From a virus: DNA of 64,000 nucleotides. This document shows positions 55,222 to 62,839 of the stretch, piece by piece (position 1 is the stretch's first letter; every line of letters starts with the position of its first letter). The stretch lies in IMG/VR virus record IMGVR_UViG_3300025570_000007; one strand, written 5' to 3'. The position numbers and the translations under genes are program-made. Under the pieces are notes generated by a model. It saw only the letters and a list, made by a program, of their open reading frames with translations. It had not been told where the DNA came from and made no database searches.

Positions 55222-55632
55222 TTAGCCAACTATTTCTTTAAGTTCTTTTAAAGTATTTTGACAGGTTATTAGTTGCTTTTCTAATAAATTAATCTTATCT
55301 TTAGCAGCTTTTCTAATATCTAATTGATCAGAATACATCGCTTTATAAAACTCACCCTCTGTAATAGTAGTTTTCTCCGGAACTTCCTCTATATTAATAT
55401 CTCTTAAATCTCTATCAGTAAAAATAGTAGCTCCCCAATGACATCCATATCCTCCCCTACCTGGTGCAAATCCCACTTTTACAACTCCGGCAACTTTTAA
55501 TAATTCTCTCTCTAAATCCTTATCAAATTTATTAACAAATAAGAACTTTAATCTTCTTCCCTCTACTCTCTTATCATTAAAAATGGTAACAGACTTTCCT
55601 AATTCCTTTTCAATAAAATGCTTTAGTTTCAT
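55222..55632 (-). CDS. Cassette hypothetical protein
   Basis: FNDKR..GRRLK; ATG in the repeat leader. Confidence 0.75.
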   Translation of the reverse strand: MKLKHFIEKELGKSVTIFNDKRVEGRRLKFLFVNKFDKDLERELLKVAGVVKVGFAPGRGGYGCHWGATIFTDRDLRDINIEEVPEKTTITEGEFYKAMYSDQLDIRKAAKDKINLLEKQLITCQNTLKELKEIVG

Positions 55633-55709
55633 AACCTATTGTTTTAATTATACCTAAATATATGAAATAAAAAGGGAAGGAGCAACTCTTCCCCTTATTT
55701 CTTTTTCAA

Positions 55710-55865
55710 CTATTCTACTATAAAATCTACAGCTTCCTCTCCTATTCCTTTACCATTTCTAGTAATCTCATAACTAGGATCCATTCCGGACACCATTATA
55801 TCATTAACTAATTCATTAATACTGTTAAACTCCTTTTTGTAATACTCACATTTTAAACTATACAT
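55710..55865 (-). CDS. Cassette hypothetical protein (true start MYSLKC at 55865)
   Basis: The track extension crosses a promoter repeat. Confidence 0.7.
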   Translation of the reverse strand: MYSLKCEYYKKEFNSINELVNDIMVSGMDPSYEITRNGKGIGEEAVDFIVE

Positions 55866-55923
55866 ATCCTTTGTTTTAATTATTATACCTAAATATATGA
55901 AATATCTTTGAGAGGAGCAACTT

Positions 55924-56091
55924 CTACATCCACTCATTTTCTACATAAATACTTATCTTATCACACATGTAATCTAGATCATCAACATCTTCTTGACTGA
56001 ATCCTTCTGCTATTGCTAGCTTTATAAATGTGTCAACTCGAATACCTGCAAATACGAGCAGTTTAAGTAGTCCTACTGAAATTAATATCAT
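55924..56091 (-). CDS. Small hypothetical protein, 55 aa (not in track)
   Basis: MILISVGLLKLLVFAG...ENEWM*, AAGGTTATG leader. Confidence 0.5.
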   Translation of the reverse strand: MILISVGLLKLLVFAGIRVDTFIKLAIAEGFSQEDVDDLDYMCDKISIYVENEWM

Positions 56092-56104
56092 AACCTTTTA
56101 TTTT

Positions 56105-56269
56105 TTAATCTACATAATAATCAATTGTATCCCAACCATCTTTTCCTCTCACTTTTGTAAAATACTTAGGACCTGCCCTAAAAGCTTTTGAAGTTTGAGA
56201 ATGAGATTTGAAATTATACTCAATCTTAGTCTTAGCTACTTCAGCTGTAATTTCTATTAAGTCTGCCAT
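56105..56269 (-). CDS. Small hypothetical protein, 54 aa (not in track)
   Basis: MADLIEITAEVAK...DGWDTIDYYVD*. Confidence 0.55.
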   Translation of the reverse strand: MADLIEITAEVAKTKIEYNFKSHSQTSKAFRAGPKYFTKVRGKDGWDTIDYYVD

Positions 56270-56287
56270 AATCTAAATTTACGAAAT

Positions 56288-56593
56288 TTACTTCATACTT
56301 CCAATTTTATTTTGAATGAATACTTTAAACTTATAAGATAATACATGCGAACCTATAGACCAGGATATCTTCTCTGTTGCAGATTCAGTAATGGAGTAAT
56401 TATAATGATCATATAAGCAAAATATACTTCCTTCTTGATCTAAATAAATCCATTCCGGAGCAAAGCTATCTGTTGCCTTACCTGTAGGAACTCCTAATGC
56501 AGTTTCTAAATCTAATAACGAAGCTATAATGCTTTCGCTCTTACTTGTTCCTGTAATATCTACACTTAACCTATCTCTTACTTTATCGAACAT
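56288..56593 (-). CDS. Cassette hypothetical protein
   Basis: GTS...L...LG.P...EW...F.LYD...WSIG pattern. Confidence 0.75.
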   Translation of the reverse strand: MFDKVRDRLSVDITGTSKSESIIASLLDLETALGVPTGKATDSFAPEWIYLDQEGSIFCLYDHYNYSITESATEKISWSIGSHVLSYKFKVFIQNKIGSMK

Positions 56594-56681
56594 AACCTTT
56601 GTTTTTAATTATACCTAAATATAAGAAATAAAAAGGGAAATAACAAATACCTCCCTTAGTTTCTCCATAGATATTATCTAT

Positions 56682-56972
56682 CTATTTAGCATTTCTTATG
56701 ACTGTGTAGATGTAGCCCATTCTAATTTTTCCACACTTTAAACCTTTAGCCCAATCCTCAGATTCTAGCTTTGTAAAGATTTCTTTTTTCTCTAACCCTT
56801 CTCCATGAAGTTCTAGAATTCTGTGCTTCAAAGTTCCACCTACACCAATCTTGGTATTTTGAGCTTCTTTGATCAGTAATTCTAAGTTAGCATTCTTCAT
56901 TCTTGCAAGACCTTTAGCTTTAATTCCTAAATCCTTTGCTTCTTGTACTAGTGCTGCTTTTGACATAATCAT
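56682..56972 (-). CDS. Cassette protein with Rho-N/HeH-like N-terminus and HTH-like C-terminus
   Basis: KA.L...AKDLGIK....MK...L..LI; I.EL..EGL....I...L. Confidence 0.55.
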   Translation of the reverse strand: MIMSKAALVQEAKDLGIKAKGLARMKNANLELLIKEAQNTKIGVGGTLKHRILELHGEGLEKKEIFTKLESEDWAKGLKCGKIRMGYIYTVIRNAK

Positions 56973-57057
56973 TAATTTTTAACTGTTAATACTTTCTTTT
57001 TATTATACCTAAATATAAGAATTAAAAAGGGAAGGAGCAACCCTTCCCTGGTTTATT

Positions 57058-57393
57058 TTAAGCCTCATTAATGTACTTTTTAATAATCTTGGTAGGGTAG
57101 ACTGTATGACTATTATTTCCTACAACATCTTCCCACCATTTAATTCCCATTGTTAATCTTGGAATTGCAAATCTCATAATATCTTCATCATGTACTCTGA
57201 AAAATACATCATGTCTTCCTCCTGTTTCAGGAACAATGTTTCCATCTGAATCTATATCAGGGTCTGTCACTACTGTTTCGATTAGTTCTACCCTTGTATT
57301 CATATCATCTTTAAAGAAATTAATGAAATCTTCTTTCATACTATCTTCTAATATGGTACCTGGCCAAACGCATAATTGATTAAATTTACTCAT
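57058..57393 (-). CDS. Cassette hypothetical protein
   Basis: TGGR.D.FF..H.EDI..FA.PRL..GI.WWED. Confidence 0.8.
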   Translation of the reverse strand: MSKFNQLCVWPGTILEDSMKEDFINFFKDDMNTRVELIETVVTDPDIDSDGNIVPETGGRHDVFFRVHDEDIMRFAIPRLTMGIKWWEDVVGNNSHTVYPTKIIKKYINEA

Positions 57394-57454
57394 AACTTAT
57401 ATTGTTTTTATTATTACACCTAAATATACGAAATATCTACGTAAGGAGCAACTT

Positions 57455-57823
57455 TTATCCGTTTAAAATCTTCACTATGTTTCTAGATCCTTGAGACATT
57501 TCTCTTTCCCTCCTTGACTTTCTATTAGCTTCAAGTTGCTTGCAAGCATCAGAAATCATTTCTTCTAATATTCCTTTATCAAAAGGTACATAATGTAAAT
57601 TATCATCTGTTTCTAAAGCTACAATTAAAGCTCCGACAGATTTATCTCTGTATGATTCGAAACCTACTAATATTTCCCCAAATGATTTGTAATGATCTAA
57701 TAATTCTTCTTTATATGAAGTAGAATGCTCTAATCCCATCTCTAACCCCATTTCAAAGAAAAATGAATTAGCATCCTGTTTTAATGAATAGATTAAGCAA
57801 TCTAATAATGTGTAATTTTTCAT
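57455..57823 (-). CDS. Cassette hypothetical protein
   Basis: ATG in the repeat leader. Confidence 0.75.
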   Translation of the reverse strand: MKNYTLLDCLIYSLKQDANSFFFEMGLEMGLEHSTSYKEELLDHYKSFGEILVGFESYRDKSVGALIVALETDDNLHYVPFDKGILEEMISDACKQLEANRKSRREREMSQGSRNIVKILNG

Positions 57824-57894
57824 AACCTTTATTGTTTTTATTATACCTAAATATAAGAATTAAAAAGGGAAGGAGCAACCCTTCCCCTGTTTTT

Positions 57895-58200
57895 TTAAGA
57901 ATGTTTAAAGTAAATGTAAAGGGCTCTCCCACCTTCTTTAGGTTTACATAAACATCTACTAATTTTTCTGGATCTTAAAGCTCTCCTAAGGCATTCAGCG
58001 TATTTCTTATTACCTCCCCAAGAAGTACCTCTATAAAAATCATACAGGTTTTCCATAATTTGGCTTTCTGTTTTACCGGGATATTTTGTAACATAAGCTA
58101 CAATTTCGTCTTGGTTTACTATTCTTTTAAGTCCTCCCCCACCCCAAAAGTTTTCCCCAAATGTTCGGTAAATCTTTTTTGATTCTAAATCTGTTGTCAT
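57895..58200 (-). CDS. Cassette protein, winged-HTH-like
   Basis: I..YV..YPG.T..QI...L ... LRRAL....I.R ... Y.Y. Confidence 0.55.
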   Translation of the reverse strand: MTTDLESKKIYRTFGENFWGGGGLKRIVNQDEIVAYVTKYPGKTESQIMENLYDFYRGTSWGGNKKYAECLRRALRSRKISRCLCKPKEGGRALYIYFKHS

Positions 58201-58257
58201 AACTTATATCGTTTTATTATTATACCTAAATATACGAATAATTAAATTAGGCTCCAA

Positions 58258-58455
58258 CTAACAGGGTACATATTTTGTAATTATTATTTCTTCATTCCAT
58301 CCTTCTGTACAGGTTCCATCTGGAAATTTACCTTCATCATTTATTCCTAACATCTCTAGATTTCCTGAACTATTTCTTAAGACTGTTACCTTAGTCTTAA
58401 TTCCTGAAACATCAATGTAAGTCTCTCCTAATACTACTGTTTTAAAATCTGCCAT
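58258..58455 (-). CDS. Cassette hypothetical protein
   Basis: ATG in the repeat leader. Confidence 0.7.
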   Translation of the reverse strand: MADFKTVVLGETYIDVSGIKTKVTVLRNSSGNLEMLGINDEGKFPDGTCTEGWNEEIIITKYVPC

Positions 58456-58603
58456 AACTCTTATCTTTTAATTATACCTAAATATAAGAAATATCTTTGA
58501 GAGGAGCAACTTTTAATTAAAAGGAAGGGTAGTAATAAAATAAATTAACGCCCCCATTAAATCGTTTGTGTGCCATTATTGGCGTTACTCCCTCCCCTTT
58601 TTC

Positions 58604-58852
58604 TTACATTTCTGCTAATGTTATTTCGTAAAGGACGTCTTCCATCTCTCCACTTGATTCGATATCATCTAACCATTGACAAACATGCATATCTATGTCC
58701 TGTCTATTGATAGCTTCATTTATGTATGCTTTCATAAAAGCTAATCGTACCTTAGTTAGAGGTACTCCATTTGCTGGATGATCGTCCGGAAGTCTTAAAT
58801 TATCTTCAATTGCTTCTTCGAACATTTCAGGAAGATCTATTTCTATTTTCAT
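58604..58852 (-). CDS. Hypothetical protein
   Basis: ATGA overlap with an upstream micro-ORF. Confidence 0.7.
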   Translation of the reverse strand: MKIEIDLPEMFEEAIEDNLRLPDDHPANGVPLTKVRLAFMKAYINEAINRQDIDMHVCQWLDDIESSGEMEDVLYEITLAEM

Positions 58853-58932
58853 GATAAGTCTTTTTTACAAATTGAACATTTACCATTTTTGACTTGTACC
58901 ATTGTACAACACTTTTTACAAAATCTGAACAT
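58849..58932 (-). CDS. 27-aa zinc-ribbon-like peptide (not in track)
   Basis: MFRFCKKCCTMVQVKNGKCSICKKDLS*, ATG in the repeat leader. Confidence 0.65.
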   Translation of the reverse strand: MFRFCKKCCTMVQVKNGKCSICKKDLS

Positions 58933-58985
58933 AACCTTTTGTTTTAATTATTATACCTAAATATACGAATAACTACCTTAGTAAC

Positions 58986-59378
58986 CTACCAGTTTCCTAA
59001 ATTAATTGAATGTAAATGAGCTAAAGCTATTTCTTTTGAAATACCAACTCCTATTAAGCTTTCTTCTAATTCAACACCAAACCCCTCTCCATCTAAACTA
59101 TCAATTCTTTTTCTGTAAGTATCTCTATCTTCTTGGCAAAAATAAGTATCCAATAATAATTCAAACTCAAAAACTGTAGAATTATATCCTTGCTCTTTAT
59201 TAAAATCTTCAACCTCCTTTTCCAGCTCCTCACTTATCTCATATTCGTAAGGATCTATTCCTTCCTGTTCCTTAAACATCTTTTCTAAAAGTTGCTTAAA
59301 TGGAATAAAGTCAAATGAAAACTTATTAGTCCATTCATCTCCTCTACAATTTGTGTGTACTATTATATATACTTTCAT
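58986..59378 (-). CDS. Cassette hypothetical acidic protein
   Basis: ATG in the repeat leader. Confidence 0.75.
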   Translation of the reverse strand: MKVYIIVHTNCRGDEWTNKFSFDFIPFKQLLEKMFKEQEGIDPYEYEISEELEKEVEDFNKEQGYNSTVFEFELLLDTYFCQEDRDTYRKRIDSLDGEGFGVELEESLIGVGISKEIALAHLHSINLGNW

Positions 59379-59447
59379 AACCTTTGTTTTAATATACCTA
59401 AATATAAGAAATAAAAAGGGAAGTACAAACTACTTCCCTAATTGCTT

Positions 59448-59627
59448 TTACCATCTTCCTAAGAACTCTCCTTCATCATCATATATCCACGTTTCCGTAA
59501 TATGACAATCTCCATCATACCTCTCCTTAATGCTCTCCCATTCTTTTTTAGCATCCGACTTAGTAGGGTGCTCATTTGAGGAGTATTCATCTCCCTCGTT
59601 GTCCTTGTAATTGAAATCGTAAACCAT
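59448..59627 (-). CDS. Cassette hypothetical acidic protein (true start MVYDF at 59627)
   Basis: The track N-terminus is a translation of the repeat. Confidence 0.7.
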   Translation of the reverse strand: MVYDFNYKDNEGDEYSSNEHPTKSDAKKEWESIKERYDGDCHITETWIYDDEGEFLGRW

Positions 59628-59630
59628 AAT

Positions 59631-60003
59631 CTTTATTGTTTTATTATTATACCTAAATATATGAAATATAATTAAGGTAGGCAACTAAGTACCTACCTTT
59701 TTTAAATTAATCCCATACCTCTATATCCTCAAGGATATTCTCCAAGCAACTATCATAAGGATTTCCCTGCCCTAGCAATTGATTAAACCCATACTTTCCG
59801 TAAGCTTGATAGTTTGAAACTATATTAGTGCCCCTTACTGCATCATCTACTAAATTCATAGCTTCATTTACTAATTCTTGAGCTTGCATAATAGCCTCTT
59901 TTCTTTCTACTAAATCCATAACCTTTATTGTTTTATTATTATACCTAAATATATGAAATATAATTAAGGTAGGCAACTAAGTACCTACCTTTTTTAAATT
60001 AAT
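59631..60003. repeat. Exact 81-bp direct repeat (59631-59711 and 59923-60003)
   Basis: Identical ctttattgttttattattatacctaaatatatgaaatataattaaggtaggcaactaagtacctaccttttttaaattaat. Confidence 0.92.
59707..59919 (-). CDS. Cassette hypothetical protein (true start MDLVERK at 59919)
   Basis: The track N-terminus is a translation of the repeat. Confidence 0.7.
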   Translation of the reverse strand: MDLVERKEAIMQAQELVNEAMNLVDDAVRGTNIVSNYQAYGKYGFNQLLGQGNPYDSCLENILEDIEVWD

Positions 60004-60262
60004 AAGCAAATACTTCTCCACCTACTTTAATTTCCGTAATTGTGTCAAAGTTAATCATTCTATAACCTCCACTTTGCATATCATAACATCCTAGTAGATT
60101 ATACTTAGATGGATCATACTTTAATGTCCCCCCTTTTAAATGCTTCTTAACACCTAATCGAGCATTCATCACTCTTACCTCTCCATTTTTTTTAATGAAC
60201 GTAATTGTGAATGTTTTTCCGGACTTAACCGATTCTAAATTTTTGAATTCTGATAGTAGCAT
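59999..60262 (-). CDS. SH3 beta-barrel / WYL_2 (DUF2693)-like protein
   Basis: F.I.F.KKNGEVR.M.A...YD....GYR.IN...I. Confidence 0.75.
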   Translation of the reverse strand: MLLSEFKNLESVKSGKTFTITFIKKNGEVRVMNARLGVKKHLKGGTLKYDPSKYNLLGCYDMQSGGYRMINFDTITEIKVGGEVFAY

Positions 60263-60319
60263 AACCTTTTGTTTTTATTATTATACCTAAATATATGAAT
60301 AATTAGGGTAGGCTCCAAC

Positions 60320-60514
60320 TTAATAATTAAAGATATCAGCAAAGTTCTGAATAAATAATTCTTTAGTATCTTCACTTAAATCCTCTAACTTCTCTCCAAA
60401 TATTTCCTGAAGTTCAGAATATACATCTTCTTCAGATCTCCCTTCTAGTAAACTGCTCTCCTCCTTTTTTAATATGTCCTTTAGTTCAATTTCAAAACTC
60501 ACCTTAATTAACAT
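60320..60514 (-). CDS. Cassette hypothetical acidic protein
   Basis: ATG in the repeat leader. Confidence 0.7.
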   Translation of the reverse strand: MLIKVSFEIELKDILKKEESSLLEGRSEEDVYSELQEIFGEKLEDLSEDTKELFIQNFADIFNY

Positions 60515-60591
60515 AACCTTTTGTTTTTATTATTATACCTAAATATACGTAATATAAGTAAGGTAGGCAACTAAGTACCTACCTTTTTTAA

Positions 60592-60864
60592 TTAGTTTGA
60601 AATTACTTTTAGACCTGGCTGGAATACTGTCTTATACCCTCCTCCTAGACTATCAATAACTCTATCAATAAAGTCTTGTAATAGGTAGGTACCATCCGAA
60701 GATCCAAATCCATGACCTTCCGGCCAATCATCTGTCCATTCTGTTGCTACTTCAACAGCTATCTCTGTTAAAGATCCAAAATGTATTTGGTGAATGATTT
60801 CATTAAAGCCTTCTATCTTAGATGACTTTGTTACTAAATGTACTGGGTGTACTAAAAAATCCAT
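60592..60864 (-). CDS. Cassette hypothetical protein
   Basis: W.EG.GFGSSD motif; first cassette of the array. Confidence 0.75.
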   Translation of the reverse strand: MDFLVHPVHLVTKSSKIEGFNEIIHQIHFGSLTEIAVEVATEWTDDWPEGHGFGSSDGTYLLQDFIDRVIDSLGGGYKTVFQPGLKVISN

Positions 60865-60961
60865 AACTCTTATCGTTTTAATTATACCTAAATATATGAA
60901 TTATAATTGTAACTACCTACCCTTTCCGGAAATTAATTAAGGAAAATAAAGTTACTTAAAT

Positions 60962-60995
60962 AGTTGCTCCTTACATATATAGTCCGTATCTTTAG
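60962..60995 (+). promoter_or_regulatory. Divergent Bacteroidota-type promoter with no ORF downstream
   Basis: AGTTGCTCC...-N20-TATCTTTAG on the plus strand. Confidence 0.65.
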
Positions 60996-60999
60996 ATAG

Positions 61000-61130
61000 A
61001 AGCAATAGATAAGTCTTGGGCGGGGTGTCACATCAACACCGGAAGAGTAGACGGGCCGGTACCTTATATTCAAATCCCCTCCTTTCCGGCCTACGAACCA
61101 TTCTTCACATTTCCAACTATTTTCCGGAAT
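61000..61130 (+). ncRNA. Candidate structured small RNA
   Basis: GC-rich, ORF-free; stems GGTGT/ACACC and GTAG..GGCCGG/CCGGCCTAC downstream of a promoter. Confidence 0.35.
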
Positions 61131-61292
61131 TTTTCAATATATTTTAATATACATATTTATATACCTGTATATACCTATCCCCCATATAGCAACAAAGCTT
61201 GAATAGAGAGGAGTTACTTGAATAGAGGCAAAGCTTGATTGAAGGGACAAAGCTTGATAAGCAACTGTCCTTGAAAGGGCCCTTCCTTAGTA

Positions 61293-61532
61293 CTATAGTC
61301 TAGTTACTTGTCTATTTAGAGAGAGGGTTAAACGGTCCCTTAGTTTAGTAGTTGTAAGAGACTCTTGCCTGGTAGTGCACCGGTAGAGGAAGGTTACATT
61401 AAACCTAGTAATCAACTTCCGGCATACTTTAATGTGGTACTGAGAGGTACAGGACTTAATACACTTGCTTATCTTGTAGTAGGCTTTATACTTACTACTC
61501 TTTGACAGTCTCTTGAGGGAAGGTTTAGTCAT
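61293..61532 (-). CDS. Basic hypothetical protein
   Basis: KI...I.SC....H...C..LI..F; promoter AGTTG-N20-TATCTTAA at 61537-61569 ends only about 5 nt before the ATG (possibly leaderless). Confidence 0.6.
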   Translation of the reverse strand: MTKPSLKRLSKSSKYKAYYKISKCIKSCTSQYHIKVCRKLITRFNVTFLYRCTTRQESLTTTKLRDRLTLSLNRQVTRL

Positions 61533-61589
61533 AGTATTAAGATAAGAATTAATACCCAGACAGGCAACTGTACCATAGAGACAATTACG

Positions 61590-61710
61590 GTGAGAAGGAC
61601 GGCGGGAAGACGTAGTGAGGATGGCGGGAATACCCTACCTAGTGAGGACGTAGTGAGGATAGCGTGAAGACGGCGGGAGTCTCCCCTATTTTACCCCTTT
61701 TACCCCTTCT
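61590..61710. repeat. Degenerate short G-rich repeats plus pyrimidine repeats in a non-coding region
   Basis: GGCGGGA x3, TAGTGAGGA x3, TTTTACCCC x2. Confidence 0.75.
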
Positions 61711-62163
61711 TATTCCGGAAAGAGAGGAAGGTACGGGCCTAGACGGGCCTTTTATTCCATTATTCACATTTTTTAAGGAATCTCCTATAGTACCTATTGT
61801 ATTATATGTAAGGAAGGGAAGGTTTTACTGTTAATGTCGTAAAAGTCGAGGTTCATAGAAAAAATCTATAGAAAAAATTTGTTTTTTAGACAGGCACCTG
61901 CCTTACATCTCTATCCTTCTTTCCATACCTACCCTATTCAATTCTTACACATATACATATATACTCATGTACCTCTATACTTATATAACTATATACACAT
62001 ATACTTCTATACTTTTTTATACACTTGACCTACTTAGCCTTCCTTATACATGTTATATAAGGTTTTCCCTATATCTCTCAGTGTCTCTATAGGAATCTAT
62101 TCAATACGATTATAGTATATTGTAATGCTTTGGAAGGTTATTAGATACAGTATTAACTACTCG

Positions 62164-62502
62164 TTATATGACATAACTCTCGAAAGGACTAGTTGTTAGC
62201 TTACCATCTTTCTTCCATTCTTTTTCTAAAAAGTTATGCAAGTCTCTTAACGATACACCTTCTTCTTCTATATGCCCGTTACGTAATATATCTCCTGTCT
62301 CTTGATCATATGACCACATCTCTCCTTTACCTAAGTCTCTTTCATCTAACGTTATAGTAGCTTCAGGTATCTCTTCTACATGATTATGATCATATCCTTT
62401 TATATGATGATCTTTATGTATCTCTTCTTTTACTATATACCCTATTACCGATGTACCTATTAACACCTTACCTAATACACCTAGAAAGTCTCTTCTATTC
62501 AT
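62164..62502 (-). CDS. Hypothetical protein with Tat-like N-terminus
   Basis: MNRRDFL followed by a hydrophobic stretch. Confidence 0.6.
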   Translation of the reverse strand: MNRRDFLGVLGKVLIGTSVIGYIVKEEIHKDHHIKGYDHNHVEEIPEATITLDERDLGKGEMWSYDQETGDILRNGHIEEEGVSLRDLHNFLEKEWKKDGKLTTSPFESYVI

Positions 62503-62827
62503 TCTTATTATTCTTTTGACTCTGAGATTCCCTCTTGGCTAATTTCTTTTTTAATTCTTTGATTTCCTTCTCTATTGTTTCTACTTCATATTCTTTCCAT
62601 AACTCCCTTAAGTAGTCATTCATCCTAGGTACTGCTTTCTCTAGGAAGGTCCATCTTATATGTCCTCCTAGTGGTATGGAAGGAACCATCTTTAATTTAA
62701 TAAAGTCTATACTGTCCATAAATTCTAACTCCCTCTTATAGTATACAATGTTTTCCATTAATTCGGTTTCCGTCTTAGGATCACTCCATAAACTTACTGA
62801 TCTAATTCTTGTTTTCTCTCTTCCCAT
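62495..62827 (-). CDS. Hypothetical protein
   Basis: ORF with C-terminal coiled coil. Confidence 0.6.
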   Translation of the reverse strand: MGREKTRIRSVSLWSDPKTETELMENIVYYKRELEFMDSIDFIKLKMVPSIPLGGHIRWTFLEKAVPRMNDYLRELWKEYEVETIEKEIKELKKKLAKRESQSQKNNKNE

Positions 62828-62839
62828 CCTGTTCTAAAT

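Larger units (their letters stand above)
52250..60921 (-). repeat. 21 dispersed copies of a ~55-60 bp promoter-leader repeat, each heading a small gene
   Basis: Plus-strand core (t)atacctaaatat at about 52271, 53118, 53530, 53832, 54236, 55193, 55649, 55884, 56610, 57004, 57415, 57842, 58221, 58473, 58952, 59393, 59648, 59940, 60282, 60534 and 60883; coding-strand consensus AGTTG-N20-TATATTTAGGTATAATTAAAAC..A(A/G)GTT-ATG. Confidence 0.95.

Noticed and set aside
53555-55231. Array junctions as attC sites (three genes end in ..CTAAC, leaders end in GTTATG, and GTTAGGCAAC also occurs at 53860)
   Set aside because: Only a few of the 21 junctions show TAAC and they lack inner inverted arms; better explained by stop codons overlapping the GTTG -33 box
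59628-59976. Identical N-terminus MPTLIIFHIFRYNNKTIK on two ORFs as a shared signal peptide
   Set aside because: It is the translation of the duplicated promoter repeat; the real starts are 59627 and 59919
52250-60921. Regularly recurring repeat as a CRISPR array
   Set aside because: The spacers are 200-950 bp intact ORFs, the repeats are degenerate promoter-leaders, and there is no cas operon
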